64,000 nt of DNA from Balanoglossus misakiensis. Its lineage: Eukaryota > Animalia > Hemichordata. Shown one piece after another: positions 1 to 12,239 of the stretch; within the stretch, counting starts at the first letter, position 1; every line of letters starts with the position of its first letter. Position numbers and translations under genes: made by a program. Location: positions 9,909,918 to 9,973,917 of the forward strand of contig CM082595.2 in the NCBI GenBank assembly GCA_040954595.2, given 5' to 3'. Below the pieces are notes generated by a model that worked only from the letters and a program-made list of their open reading frames with translations, ran no database searches and was not told where the DNA came from.

Positions 1-2428
1 GGCCACTAGCTCTGGCGTGGCTAATCAAGGTTGACGCAAAGGTTGACCCCACCAAACACTCAAAATTGATGGGCGCGACACTGGCCACTAGCTCTGGCGT
101 GGCTAATCAAGGTTGACGCAAAGGTTGACCCCACCAAACACTCAAAATTGATGGGCACGACACTGGCCACTAGCTCTGGCCTGGCTAATCCAGGTTGACG
201 CAAGGGTTAACCCCACCAAACACTCAAAATTAATGGGCGCGACACTGGCCACTAAGCTCTGGCCTGGCTAATCAATGTTGACGCAAGGGTTGACCCCACC
301 AAACACTCAAAATTGATGGGCACGACACTGGCCTCTAGCTCTGGCCTGGCTAATCAAGGTTGAAGCAAAGGTTGACCCCACCAAACACTCAAAATTGATG
401 GGCACGACACTGGCCACTAAGCTCTGGCCTGGTTAATCAATGTTGAAGCAAAGGTTGACCCCACCAAACACTCAAAATTAATGGGAACGACACTGGCCAC
501 TAGCTCTGCATGGCCTGGTTAATCAATGTTGACGCAAAGGTTGACCCCACCAAACACTCAAAATTAATGGGCACGACACTGGCCACTAGCTCTGGCCTGG
601 CTAATCAAGGTTGACGCAAGGGTTAACCCCACCAAACACTCAAAATTAATGGGCGCGACACTGGCCACTAAGCTCTGGCCTGGCTAATCAATGTTGACGC
701 AAGGGTTGACCCCACCAAACACTCAAAATTGATGGGCACGACACTGGCCACTAGCTCTGGCCTGGCTAATCAAGGTTGACGCAAGGGTTGACCCCACCAA
801 ACACTCAAAATTGATGGGCACGACACTGGCCACTAAGCTCTGGCCTGGTTAATCAATGTTGAAGCAAAGGTTGACCCCACCAAACACTCAAAATTAATGG
901 GAACGACACTGGCCACTAGCTCTGCATGGCCTGGTTAATCAATGTTGACGCAAAGGTTGACCCCACCAAACACTCAAAATTAATGGGCACGACACTGGCC
1001 ACTAGCTCTGGCCTGGCTAATCAAGGTTGACGCAAGGGTTGACCCCACCAAACACTCAAAATTGATGGGCACGGCACTGGCCACTAGCTCTGGCCTGGCT
1101 AATCAATGTTGACGCAAGGGTTGACCCCACCAAACACTCAAAATTGATGGGCACGACACTGGCCACTAGCTCTGGCCTGGCTAATCAATGTTGACACAAG
1201 GGTTGACCCCACCAAACACTCAAAATTGATGGGCACGACACTGGCCACTAGCTCTGGCCTGGCTAATCAATGTTGACGCAAGGGTTGACCCCACCAAACA
1301 CTCAAAATTGATGGGCGCGACACTGGCCACTAGCTCTGGCCTGGCTAATCAATGTTGACGCAAGGGTTGACCCCACCAAACACTCAAAATTTGTGGGCAC
1401 GACACTGGCCACTAGCTCTGCCATGGCTAATCAAGGTTGACGCAAAGGTTGACCCCACCAAACACTCAAAATTGATGGGCGCGACACTGGCCCCTAGCTC
1501 ATGCCTGGCTAATCCAGGTTGACGCAAGGGTTAACCCCACCAAACACTCAAAATTAATGGGCGCGACACTGGCCACTAAGCTCTGGCCTGGCTAATCAAT
1601 GTTGACGCAAGGGTTGACCCCACCAAACACTCATAATTGATGGGCACGACACTGGCCACTAGCTCTGGCCTGGCTAATCAAGGTTGACGCAAGGGTTGAC
1701 CCCACCAAACACTCAAAATTAATGGGCGCGACACTGGCCACTAAGCTCTGGCCTGGTTAATCAATGTTGAAGCAAAGGTTGACCCCACCAAACACTCAAA
1801 ATTAATGGGAACGACACTGGCCACTAGCTCTGCATGGCCTGGTTTATCAATGTTGACGCAAAGGTTGACCCCACCAAACACTCAAAATTAATGGGCACGA
1901 CACTGGCCACTAGCTCTGCATGGCCTGGTTAATCAATGTTGACGCAACGGTTGACCCCACCAAACACTCAAAATTAATGGGCACGACACTGGCCACTAGC
2001 TCTGCATGGCCTGGTTAATCAATGTTGACGCAAAGGTTGACCCCACCAAACACTCAAAATTAATGGGCACGACACTGGCTACTAGCTCTGCATGGCATGG
2101 TTAATCAATGTTGACGCAAAGGTTGACCCCACCAAACACTCAAAATTAATGGGCACGACACTGGCCACTAGCTCTGCATGGCCTGGTTAATCAATGTTGA
2201 CGCAAAGGTTGACCCCACCAAACACTAAAAATTAATGGCCACGACACTGGCCACTAGCTCTGCATGGCCTGGTTAATCAATGTTGACGCAAAGGTTGACC
2301 CCACCAAACACTCAAAATTAATGGGCATGACACTGGCCACTAGCTCTGCATGGCCTGGTTAATCAATGTTAACGCAAAGGTTGACCCCACCAAACACTCA
2401 AAATTAATGGGCACGACACTGGCCACTA
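1..2428. repeat. Tandem satellite, 82-bp monomer with 83- and 85-bp variants, about 29 copies, open at the left edge
   Basis: GGCCACTAGCTCTGGCCTGGCTAATCAAGGTTGACGCAAAGGTTGACCCCACCAAACACTCAAAATTGATGGGCACGACACT repeats head-to-tail (starts at 1, 83, 165...). Variants carry +A (CTAAGCTC) or +GCA (CTCTGCATGGCC). Ends abruptly at GGCCACTA 2421-2428. Confidence 0.97.
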
Positions 2429-2699
2429 CATGTATTTGTGATATTTTACATGGTTAACCACGCCTTGAGAAAAGTAATTATAAGAGAACTTTGTTTCCAA
2501 AGTTAGGGGAGAATAATATAACGGGAGATGGGAGTACCTCAGGCTACTGAGCTCGTTCCCTTCCTCATGTACTTTACTGGGCGTATTTGATGTACTATAA
2601 TAATTCCGGACAATAAATGAACGTAAATCAGATACGTTTCTCCGTGGATCACGGTTCTCGTCAGAGCCCGTTACCTCATCGCTACAGATTCCCCGATGC

Positions 2700-3610
2700 A
2701 TGAACAATCATGAGAAACCAGCGGTAATACAAGTGTCACGATTGAGTTTTAACGATCATAGATCTTGTTTATGATTACGTAAGAAGTCACTCACTTATAT
2801 GGTTTTAGTCCAGTATTGACATTGGTACTTGCCCCAGAGTAAACAAGATTGTGTAATTGATACATGTCAGAACGAGATAGAGATATCACGCGCTAAGTTC
2901 ATGTTTAAGAAATATCAAGATGACGTGTTCCTTTTATGACTTAATACTTGACTAACGTATTAATAAGGTGTGGTGAAATTTGAGATCACACATTTATCAC
3001 CGGAGATCCGTGATGGGAGTCAACGAGCATGGATCGAGTCGTGTAATTCTTACGTGTGACCAGTAATAAACCAGAACTTTGTGTTACTCGGAAAACTTCT
3101 TGCAAGTCTCTGTCTACGAAAGGTTTACGATCTGCCGGGTACCTCTCTCGGACTTTATGAATATGTTGGGTGGAGAAGGAGATGGAGAGAATGTACGCCG
3201 TCAGCTTTCGGACGTGGCTGATTCCCCACAGAAGCCGATGAGGTAAACGTCCGGAGGACGACCGGCCGTAACAACAAACTGCATGAATTAAAGTTCAACA
3301 ATCCTTAGAAGACAGGAACGTCAGAGGTTGAATCTTGATGGGAAAAGGCGAGGTATCGCTGGTTATCATCGGCGTACTGATGAAATTGTAGGATGTGGGG
3401 ACGAATCGGTTTACTATAAAGTGGGGCTATATAAATGGTGAACAACAGAAGGGCAGTGGCACCCCGTATACGAGAGGTGACTGTGAACTTGCAGTGTTTT
3501 CGATGATTACAGTTTGATATCTATATTGAAGGTAAGATGTAAACCATGTTAGTACTGTGTCTGAGATGCCAAGGTTCGATAGTCTACAAAGAAGTATCCC
3601 GTGATGCAAA
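2700..3610 (-). pseudogene. Degenerate L2/CR1-clade LINE reverse transcriptase fragment
   Basis: Minus-strand translation HGILLCRLSNLGISDTVLTWFTSYLQYRYQTV...PLVYGVP (3427-3609) matches the pre-GVPQG region of CR1/L2 RT. Beyond the stop that ends this ORF, PHILQFHQYADDNQ (~3360-3400) gives the YADD box. Downstream similarity is weak, so the left boundary is approximate. Confidence 0.75.
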
Positions 3611-5346
3611 TGTACAACTGAAGAAAAAAGGAATCACAAATCTTAAAACTAAGATGCCGTTAAGAATTAAATTTCGCGAAAAGGAAGTGACGAAATACGT
3701 ACATTTTCAGGTGCTCTACAACAAGTAGTCTCCCTATCATCCCTATTGGAGCATGCAGCTAAAATTTACCATGACGTCATTGATTCTACGCGAACGTTTT
3801 TCTAATGGCGATAAACATATTTTGTATAACTTGTGCTCAAACGCCCGTGAATCTCACTCGCAAAAATTCACAAGTGGCGCATACAACACTAGGAAGAAAA
3901 TTGTTTAGCAGTCTATAGAGTTTGTGACCTGAGATTTGGAAGTAAAAGTTAAACTTGAGACAGAAGTGATTGAAGAGTAAAGAAACTTTTGAAGTGTTAA
4001 GAAAGTTATCGCATTCCTGATGAAAAGAAAAGAAAATACAATACATTCATTGTTTTAAGGAACACAAGGAAGACAAGTACTATGCAATCAGAGTATGCAT
4101 GGATCATTCATCTAAAAATATATCTCCGCGTCTTTTGGCGGGTAAAAATAAAATGCTGGAACGGTCTTTTGGATGGCGGACTATTTGTGTCCTTCTTGTC
4201 CTCAGAACGCAAGTGGTCGAGTAGGTTTATTTCATTAAATTCTTATATTCTCAGTTGCTACCATAAATACCCAGTGTTCGTGTCGATGTATCTGGACGTC
4301 AGCACGATTCCATATAGGTACCTCTCAGTATTAGCCAAGCGAGTTATCCCCATCGATAGAGTTTAATTCCCCGTTACATTCCCAACACCAATCCTCCCGC
4401 GTGACATTGAGGTTGAAGGTATACAAGCCTTAGGAATCATGCAACCATCCAGAAAGTGTAATAAATTTTGAAGCTATGATGTGAGTTTTCAGTTCGTTTC
4501 TTCTTTTGATTTGTTGATGTGACATTGTGCGTTTTAAATAAAAGATAAAAAAATGTACAGCAATGACGTCACAAAATTCACTGGTATTGATAAAGCTATA
4601 TTATATCATATATTATATGTGTTAAATACTACCGTATCTCATTATTGCAGTATTTCGTGCTTTAACACAAAATACGCGAATAGGGTTTAATACAAAACTA
4701 AATGACACAATTTCTGTTTCTTTGCCAAAATTCTTAATCACAAGATCAACCCATCCTTACGCCTCTACTCTATTGCTAAGAGAAACCAGCGTCCGTAACA
4801 TGCATTGTGAAACCCCTCAACAACATGCATGTCAACACTTCATTTTTTCTCCAGCATTGTCAGTTTGGTACTCTGACAACTCACGGGGCATCATGGGACA
4901 ATATTAAAGCTGATTCAGTGTTTATGTGCATAAAACACACGGCGGTGGAAACATTCGTTTTAAATTATTGTGGACGCGCGCACGCCCTTGTCTGTGTACA
5001 GGTACTTGATGCTTGTCTACAGTCACGTGAAACGCTGTTGGTAGTACCCTAGAAGATAGATATCTTTAATCAGAACTTTGGTAAGGAAGGTTTGAGAAGT
5101 CCATTCTATGTAAAGAAAGTTTAAGAAGTGTGTTACCAAAGGGTGTGGGGGTGGCTGGGGGGTCATCAATATATCACTCTGCATCACGTTCACAGAAAAG
5201 GTCGCGACACGCCCACAAATCCACTCACGACTTGCGTCACCGGTTACAGGAGTTCGTACAAAAGTGTGGTTTATGCACATTTACACTGAATCAGTTTTTT
5301 TGGCCCATGATGCCCATGGGCAAATACAGGCCACGATGCCTCCAGA

Positions 5347-5590
5347 ATGATGATGGCAATGATGGTGATGATGATGATTGTGGTGGTGGTGGTGGTGGTG
5401 ATTGAGCTTTAATTTCCCTTTCTTCCTGTCTAACCACTTCCTCTCTCACCTTCACTTATTCGGTCTCTCCCCTCCCCTTCTGTCAAAGTCCTCACCTCAT
5501 TCCCTTTCCATCCTGACATTCTCATTTCCGCCCTCTTGCTTTTCTTCTCCTTTCTCACATTCCTTTTCTCACCTCTCCCCCCCCCCCTCC
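5347..5590. repeat. (GAT)n/(GGT)n microsatellite followed by a C/T-rich low-complexity tract
   Basis: ATGATGATG...GGTGGTGGT at 5347-5402; pyrimidine-rich tract at ~5413-5590. Confidence 0.85.
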
Positions 5591-6220
5591 GTAACATGTT
5601 ATGTAATATATAAAGTAAAAAAGTCCAAAGCATGATGTTATCACAGATGACATTTGGAATGTATTATTGTACTATCTGGTTTAATTTCAAACATAGTGGA
5701 GTTATTTATTGGCCAGTATTTAAGCATGTTTAAAGAAGTCAAACAGCATAATAGGCACATTTCATATCAAACAAAATTGATCAAATAAGCTCAAAAGAGG
5801 ATTTGAACAATTTGTCCCTTTAAGTAATGTTCAATATTAGATTTACACTTGTGATTGTATGTCATCTCCCTTTTGTTAGAAACCTCACAGTCATATAATA
5901 AACAGGTGACCTGACAATCATTTGAAATACCAAACTTCGGCAGCTATTCCAGTTTGGTCCAAAAACCTAATTTTAACTGGCACCTCAACTTTAGGACTAT
6001 TATGGATGTTGCTGAAACTTCAAGTGGGCTGCTTGTGAAGAGGAAGACGTGGAGTGTCTCTCAGACAACGCTGCGCTCAGTCAGAGATAAAGTCAAAATA
6101 TGGATTTGACTTGCAACAGTAATTTGTTAGTTAAGTCAAATTCAACTTAAATCTGTCTCTTTGGGTCAGTCTTAACGGGTGTAGCATGCTGGAAGGGTGT
6201 GCTTACCCATTTCCGACACC

Positions 6221-6677
6221 TAGTACCACAGGGGGCTGCAAACATGAAAGTTATAAATGGCGAAGTACGTTCCATTCTGCGTTTTCCCAACCTGTCTTAT
6301 CATTTGCTAATCCAGAATAAAAGCTATCCATTTCCCATTGCTAACGACTTAATCTGTGTGCCCCATCCACGGATTAAGTTAATAAAGTAAACATCGGTCA
6401 GCGAGTACTGGGTATTCTCTTACCAAGTGAGAACTGACCGATGTTTACTTAATCCACTAAATCCGTGGATGGGGCACACAGATTAAGTCGTTAGCAGGTG
6501 CTTAATGGGAAATGCAATAGTTTGTATTCTGGATTAGCAACTGCTAAGACAGGTGGAGGTAACACAGAAAAATAAACAAGCGCAAAGACTGTTCATCAAT
6601 TAATGTTTATTGGGGGAAAATGCAGGAACTCCGCCATTTATAACTTTCATGTTTGCAGCCCCCCTGTGCGAGTACTA
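6221..6677. mobile_element. Non-autonomous fold-back / MITE-like element (long imperfect inverted repeat)
   Basis: Left arm TAGTAC-CACAGGGGGCTGCAAACATGAAAGTTATAAATGGCG versus right arm CGCCATTTATAACTTTCATGTTTGCAGCCCCCTGTG-CGA-GTACTA. Inner arms also pair: GCTAACGACTTAATCTGTGTGCCCCATCCACGGATT / AATCCGTGGATGGGGCACACAGATTAAGTCGTTAGC and AAGTAAACATCGGTCAG / CTGACCGATGTTTACTT. The terminal TA could be a TA target-site duplication. Confidence 0.85.
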
Positions 6678-8301
6678 CCACTTAGCAGTGGTTCAAGATG
6701 ATCCTGTTGAAATTGTAAGTTTTTTCTCTTATTTCTTTTTTGAACCTGGACCTGGTAATTAGCTTAGCTTTAGTAATATTGATTATTGGACCTGGTTTGA
6801 TGTCTTATTATAACAACTACAGAAGAATCTCTGGACACAGTGAAATACACTCCAGGGTTATGGTGATGACTGACAAATTGTCAGTTTAAAAAAGTAGACA
6901 AAGAACTCAGTTAAATATTATAATAAAAATATGCTTTAATATAAGGAAAAGGTACAATTGATATACTTGTAATTAAAACTTAAATATAATGATGAAATTC
7001 TTCAACTGTTCTGTAGTTGCACCAGTATTTGTATAAGCTAAAAATGTTGACTTCTGGCAGGACAACTCAAACAGATATTAAACGTATTTATAGTACTTCC
7101 ACTTCATGACTTTGTTCAAAAATTTCCCAAACTTATTTCATTGTTGATGAGTTGTCACCTCCGAACAACACAAAAAGGAACAGTTTGTATAAAAAAGTAA
7201 TTTTGCATGAATCTTAAACATACATGCACAAGTTGAGTGAATAACACAATATAATCATATTCTACAATGAATTACAATATCAAGATTAAGGGTTTCACAT
7301 ATGACATTACATTGCTACATTTTATATACATGAATTTAATTTGAAAAATTTCCATTGATCTATAACACCATGAATAATATAAAAATATGCGAATAAATAC
7401 TTTGAATTATTATATATACATGTCAGGTCTCAAAGTGAGTAACTATATTTCCATTCACCTATGAACTGGTTATTAACCAAATGAAATGATAGGATCTTTT
7501 ATTTTGAGGATCTTATAATTGTGATCATACACATCCATATTCCAAAATTCGCATGCCAAACAAATATCAGATTTATACGGCCAGTTGTAAAGACAGTACA
7601 AGGGGCAAAAAAATTGATAATAGTTAATCATCATCTCCCTTCTTTTACAGTCTTGGAGAATGGTGACGGTTGAAGTCAAATTAAAGAAAAATATCAAGAA
7701 AAATATCAAAATTTGAAGCACTAATTCAGGAGGATATATATCATCGGGAGGTAGTCACTGAATATATTGAGAGAAATAATTCATAATCTATGCATTTGGA
7801 TGAAAAGACCTTCTACCTGATCAAGTTAAGGATAAATGCTGCCTTGTATGAATACAGAAGCAAGTCAGCATGCAAAGGGAGAGCTGAATTGGTACACAGT
7901 TAAATTTGTCCTCCAAATTCAACAAAAATATGTTGTTGTTTAGGAATTCTCGTATTATCATATCTTTTTCATTACACAATACCTTAAGTCATAACAAATT
8001 TTTAAGGAAAATTCTTTAAAATATGTAAAATATATAGCCTTATAACCAACATACTTTAAAGATGATTATTTATAATCATTTCATTCAGATGTTGCTAAGA
8101 GTGTAATAATAAAGATCTGTTTCACTCCAACCAATTTAATGTGCGCTTATCACAGTACTGTCGTCTGACAAAGCATAACTATTATTGTTATCATTTATGG
8201 GATTATACCAAGCTTATCACAGTACTGTGTCAACTCACAAAATGAAACCATTCTAGTTATCATTTGAATTATACCATACATGTACACACAGAGATGGCAC
8301 A

Positions 8302-8566
8302 TTAGAAGTATCTGTCTCCGTGACTCTCATGAAATAGTTCATTTCTACTCTTAAGAGGCCTTGGTCTCCATTCCTCACTTCCACTGGCACTACCACTGTC
8401 GCCACTATACATGGGATTGTAGTGATAGATTTCTCTGAAGGCTTCCTCATCTTCCACACTTTTCCCTGCCTTGCTATCAACATCATCTGTATCATCAAAC
8501 CAATGGATATCCATAGTTGCCTCTTGTTCTTCCCAGCCTGGATGTTTCTTTCCTCCAAGAGCACAC
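8302..8566 (-). CDS. Terminal coding exon (cytoplasmic tail, 87 aa plus stop) of a putative single-pass membrane protein
   Basis: Acceptor TTTGACATTCAG|G at 8567/8566. Reads (R)CALGGKKHPGWEEQEATMDIHWFDDTDD...YHYNPMYSGDSGSAS...GDRYF* and is phase-compatible with the upstream exon. Contains NPxY. Confidence 0.75.
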
Positions 8567-8918
8567 CTGAATGTCAAATAGTTGAACATCATCAATGTGG
8601 GATTTGTTGTGATGTTGTTACTACTGTAGAATAACGCAGGTGGTTGTTGGACACTTTGCGGTCTGGTCGCGTGACTTTGCCTTGTTAGCCGCCATGCATG
8701 TTGAACGCAAATTATACCATGATGCACTGCAGTTACCCTATACGCTAATAGGTCTATGCATGAACTCTTTGAATAAATTTGCTTCCACGATACAGATGTG
8801 ATTATTTTTCACGTTGCCTCATGCATGTATGGAAAGATACAGGTAAATTCACAGTTTTCTGATGGGCAACATGTCTACAGCTGTCTCGATTCTACTCTGG
8901 TAGTACTAAATAACTTAC

Positions 8919-9015
8919 CGTTGGTACATGAGTAACATTATTACACCAAGCACTAACACAGCCGCTAAACCTCCCGCAACACCACCAATGATGACAGCTG
9001 TGTCAACGGAGGAAT
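8919..9015 (-). CDS. Internal 97-nt exon encoding a transmembrane helix
   Basis: Acceptor CTCTTACAG|AT and donor CG|GTAAGT. Translation (D)SSVDTAVIIGGVAGGLAAVLVLGVIMLLMYQ(R) has a ~23-residue hydrophobic stretch followed by basic residues after splicing. It splices in frame over a 352-bp GT-AG intron (8567-8918). Confidence 0.8.
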
Positions 9016-9035
9016 CTGTAAGAGTTTAAATATTT

Positions 9036-12000
9036 CTATTTGTCACGGGGGCGATATGTCCAGTGAAGGACAATTTGGCTGTCACTCCATAAATAACAAC
9101 GAACTATGTCATATTTGGAGGACAGGGCTTCTTTAGCGTACTTGCTGAGACGTGTGGCTATTAACGCAGCCATCAATTCCAGTCGCGGGAGTGTAGTTTC
9201 AGCCACTGGTGCGGTTCTAGTCTTCGCCATCACAAACGACGTTTGCTGTCCTCTTTTCAAATACACTACTGCCCCATACGCTCTCTGGCTTGCGTCTGCA
9301 AAGGCGTGTAGCTCGCATTCATTGTCGCCTTCAAGTTCATCAAAATATTGTCGTTCGATCTTCGTGTTTCGCGAGTCTTTGAGATCTTCTGCGATGTGCA
9401 TCCATTGAGTGTAGAGATCTGCGTTGATAGGTTCATCCCAGTCTAATTCCAGTTTCCATAGTAACTGAATGAACAATTTGGCTTTGATCATTACAGGGGC
9501 GAGAAATCCAAACGGATCAAATAGCATCGCCACATAGCTGACAATGTCACGTTTGGTCACGAGTTCGGCACGCGACGACATATTAACCACTTTGGAGTAA
9601 GTCAATTCGTCAGATTTTGTTGACCACTGCATTCCCAAAACGGATACATCTTCGGTGGGTTCGTTCAGATTGTCACATGTAGCGAGTTCGTTTATTTGTT
9701 GACAGTTGGAAGACCATGCTCTGAGTTTGAATCCGCCTGATGTCATCAACTCATTGGCTTCATGGTAGTATTTCATGGCGTTTTCTGCAGTATCAACTTC
9801 ATCGATCACATTATCAACATAGATATTATTTCCCAATCTGTCAGCGGTGGGAAGTTGACTATTGTTCTCTAAATGCGTCTTGATAACCGCATTGAGGATG
9901 AATGGGGAACAGACTGCTCCAAACAAGACAGACTTAAACTGCAAAGTTATGAAGTCACTTTCTGGGTCGTTAATGTCCGACAGCCACAGAAATTTCGTGA
10001 ATTTCCTCTCATCTTCTTCCAACCGAATGTTCAGGAATGCTTTCTCAATGTCAGCTGTGAAAGCAATGTTATTGGCGCGGTATCTCAGCAGAATCGCTGG
10101 CAGGTCATTTATTAATGACGGTCCAGTTTGCAAGCAATCATTCAAACTTGGATAATTAGAATCCTTCTTACAAGAGCAATCATAAACGATGCGAATGGGT
10201 GTTGTGGTCGAATTCTTAACCACCGGACGATGTGGCAAATAGTGTCCGATATTCACGTCATCTTCGTCAACCTCTCCGATGAAGTCGCGACGTCTCTGTT
10301 CATTGATTATGTCGTCATATTTCTTGATGAGTTCAGAGGGTAACCTGCGTATCATATTACGAGTGCGTTTCATGGCGACATCGTAGTTGGTGGGTAGTGG
10401 AGGGTGATCTTCCTTCCACGGTAGTTTAGCTACGTATTTTCCTCGGTCAACTCTCAAGTGCGTGTCTCTGTAAGACTCGTACGTCAACTGTTCATCAACT
10501 GTTGGATTGTCCTGAATACCGATCAATTCAAGGTCCCACATATTTTGGACCTGTGGTTCTCGGCCGATCGCAGTACTATCCATCTGTGTATACATGTCCG
10601 TTGCGCGATCTCCATGCAGTCCGTTGATAGAGTTCTCTGAAACTACGTTACTGGTATCAGCAGTAGAAATCACGTGTAAGATATGCGCATTAGAATCCAC
10701 TTTGGGAGTTCCGAGGGGTCCGGAGAGTAAGTATCCAAATTTGGATGACACAGCAGTGGGGCCGGACGCGCCAGAAATAACGTGTGAGCCCACAAAATTC
10801 CAATATTGGTCGGCTCCGATTAGAACATCAATTGGCCACGATTGATCACTCGAAACTGGATGTGCGAATGGTAGCCCTTTCAGGTGGCTCATATTGTGGA
10901 CTTCCTGAGAAATGTGATTTGTTAAGTCCGACGATATCTCTGGAATTATCATCGCGTGAATAGTTGAAGTATTCCCGTTCAGTTCATGAGCAGTTAGTTC
11001 GGTGAATCCCATGGTGCGTACTTTGGAATCCTTGCCACCGAAGGTCGATAACTTTATGTGTTCGTGCCGCGTAGCTTTCGCGGACAGCTGACGGGCGAAT
11101 CTCTCAGTGACGAATGTCTTATTTGCTCCTTCATCAAACAGGATGACGGCATGTATGGGGGTTCCCCGTCCGACAGACAGTGGTACAAACGCAGTTTTCA
11201 GCAGCACTGGCCCAGTGTTTATCTTCTTATCCGTAAATGTATCGGTATTAGTCAATGTTACTTTGACATCAGAAGTACTTGATGATGGCGATGGCGAGGA
11301 CGACGCTCCAGTTGGCGTCGTTGTAGCGGTGGGAACGTCGTAGTGTAGCGCAGAGTGATGACGTTTCCTACACTTTCTGCAGGAGTATTTTGATTTACAC
11401 TCCGCAACTCTATGTTTTCCAAAGCAATTAAAACATAGTCTGTCCTTCTTCACAATGTCCAGTCTCTCGCGCGTATCAGTTACCACAGTGCAATTTGACG
11501 CGAAGTGTGACCCTTTGCAGAACGGGCACGTTTTGACAGGGGCGCGAAACTTCTGTTTACCTGTCATCTGCGTTTTCGTGTGAAACGCGATTATTTCCGG
11601 TTCTCTGGTAGTGGCCATTGTTATCTCGTCGACCCGGTTGCCGGCTTGAAGGGCGTTTATCTCGTGTTGAATGGCTTTTCGTAGATCTGCTAATGTCCAT
11701 GCAGCATTACCATGTTTTCTTGCTATCTGCTCTCGAATGTTAGGAGGTAATTTCTCCCGTATTATTGGAACCAAAAGTTCGCCGTATGTGGTTTCCTCCT
11801 TACCCAGCAACTGAAGACCTCGAACGTGATTTTCAATCGAGTCGTACAAATGCCTTAAACTTTGTACGTCGGCGGTTGGGCTTTGTAGATTCCACAATGC
11901 GGTCATATGAGCATCTACTATGAGATGGGTTTGTCCGTATCTTTCGGTCAATAAGTCAATCGCGTGCGAGTAGTTTGATTCGGTGAGTGGCAATCCGTTG

Positions 12001-12239
12001 ATTGTTCTCGCTGCTTCATATTTGAGTACACTCCGCAAATACGTAAACTTCTGAATGTTGTCCAAATTAGTGTCCGAATGTATCGAAGACTTGAATACAT
12101 CGAAGAAACTCGACCATTCTATTACATTGCCTGAGAAAGTTTGCAGCTGGAGTTTCGGTAGAGTTACTGTTTTACGAGGCGTCGCGTTGCCGAGGCTGCT
12201 TCCCGTTACATTACCAGTACTAGTAGTAGTTGTCCGCAT
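9036..12239 (-). CDS. BEL/Pao LTR-retrotransposon Gag-Pol polyprotein (gag, protease, RT, RNase H; integrase missing)
   Basis: 1067-aa ORF: LPKLQLQTFSGNVIEWSSFFDVF (BEL gag, DUF1759-type), three Cys/His knuckles (CPFCKGSH, CFNCFGKH, CRKCRKRH), protease LFDEGA, RT motifs YLPHRPV, RIVYDCS, ADIEKAF and YVDN, RNase H motifs FADASQRAYG, LPRLELMAA and WSDSQIVLHW. The last 7 codons are read-through into non-element DNA. Confidence 0.95.
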   Translation of the reverse strand: MRTTTTSTGNVTGSSLGNATPRKTVTLPKLQLQTFSGNVIEWSSFFDVFKSSIHSDTNLDNIQKFTYLRSVLKYEAARTINGLPLTESNYSHAIDLLTERYGQTHLIVDAHMTALWNLQSPTADVQSLRHLYDSIENHVRGLQLLGKEETTYGELLVPIIREKLPPNIREQIARKHGNAAWTLADLRKAIQHEINALQAGNRVDEITMATTREPEIIAFHTKTQMTGKQKFRAPVKTCPFCKGSHFASNCTVVTDTRERLDIVKKDRLCFNCFGKHRVAECKSKYSCRKCRKRHHSALHYDVPTATTTPTGASSSPSPSSSTSDVKVTLTNTDTFTDKKINTGPVLLKTAFVPLSVGRGTPIHAVILFDEGANKTFVTERFARQLSAKATRHEHIKLSTFGGKDSKVRTMGFTELTAHELNGNTSTIHAMIIPEISSDLTNHISQEVHNMSHLKGLPFAHPVSSDQSWPIDVLIGADQYWNFVGSHVISGASGPTAVSSKFGYLLSGPLGTPKVDSNAHILHVISTADTSNVVSENSINGLHGDRATDMYTQMDSTAIGREPQVQNMWDLELIGIQDNPTVDEQLTYESYRDTHLRVDRGKYVAKLPWKEDHPPLPTNYDVAMKRTRNMIRRLPSELIKKYDDIINEQRRRDFIGEVDEDDVNIGHYLPHRPVVKNSTTTPIRIVYDCSCKKDSNYPSLNDCLQTGPSLINDLPAILLRYRANNIAFTADIEKAFLNIRLEEDERKFTKFLWLSDINDPESDFITLQFKSVLFGAVCSPFILNAVIKTHLENNSQLPTADRLGNNIYVDNVIDEVDTAENAMKYYHEANELMTSGGFKLRAWSSNCQQINELATCDNLNEPTEDVSVLGMQWSTKSDELTYSKVVNMSSRAELVTKRDIVSYVAMLFDPFGFLAPVMIKAKLFIQLLWKLELDWDEPINADLYTQWMHIAEDLKDSRNTKIERQYFDELEGDNECELHAFADASQRAYGAVVYLKRGQQTSFVMAKTRTAPVAETTLPRLELMAALIATRLSKYAKEALSSKYDIVRCYLWSDSQIVLHWTYRPRDK

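Noticed and set aside
1-2428. CRISPR array
   Set aside because: Contiguous near-identical monomers with no unique spacers and no cas genes.
8145-8228. 17-bp direct repeat GCTTATCACAGTACTGT flanking 50 bp as a TSD
   Set aside because: The enclosed sequence has no tail or terminal repeats; it may be a simple local duplication.
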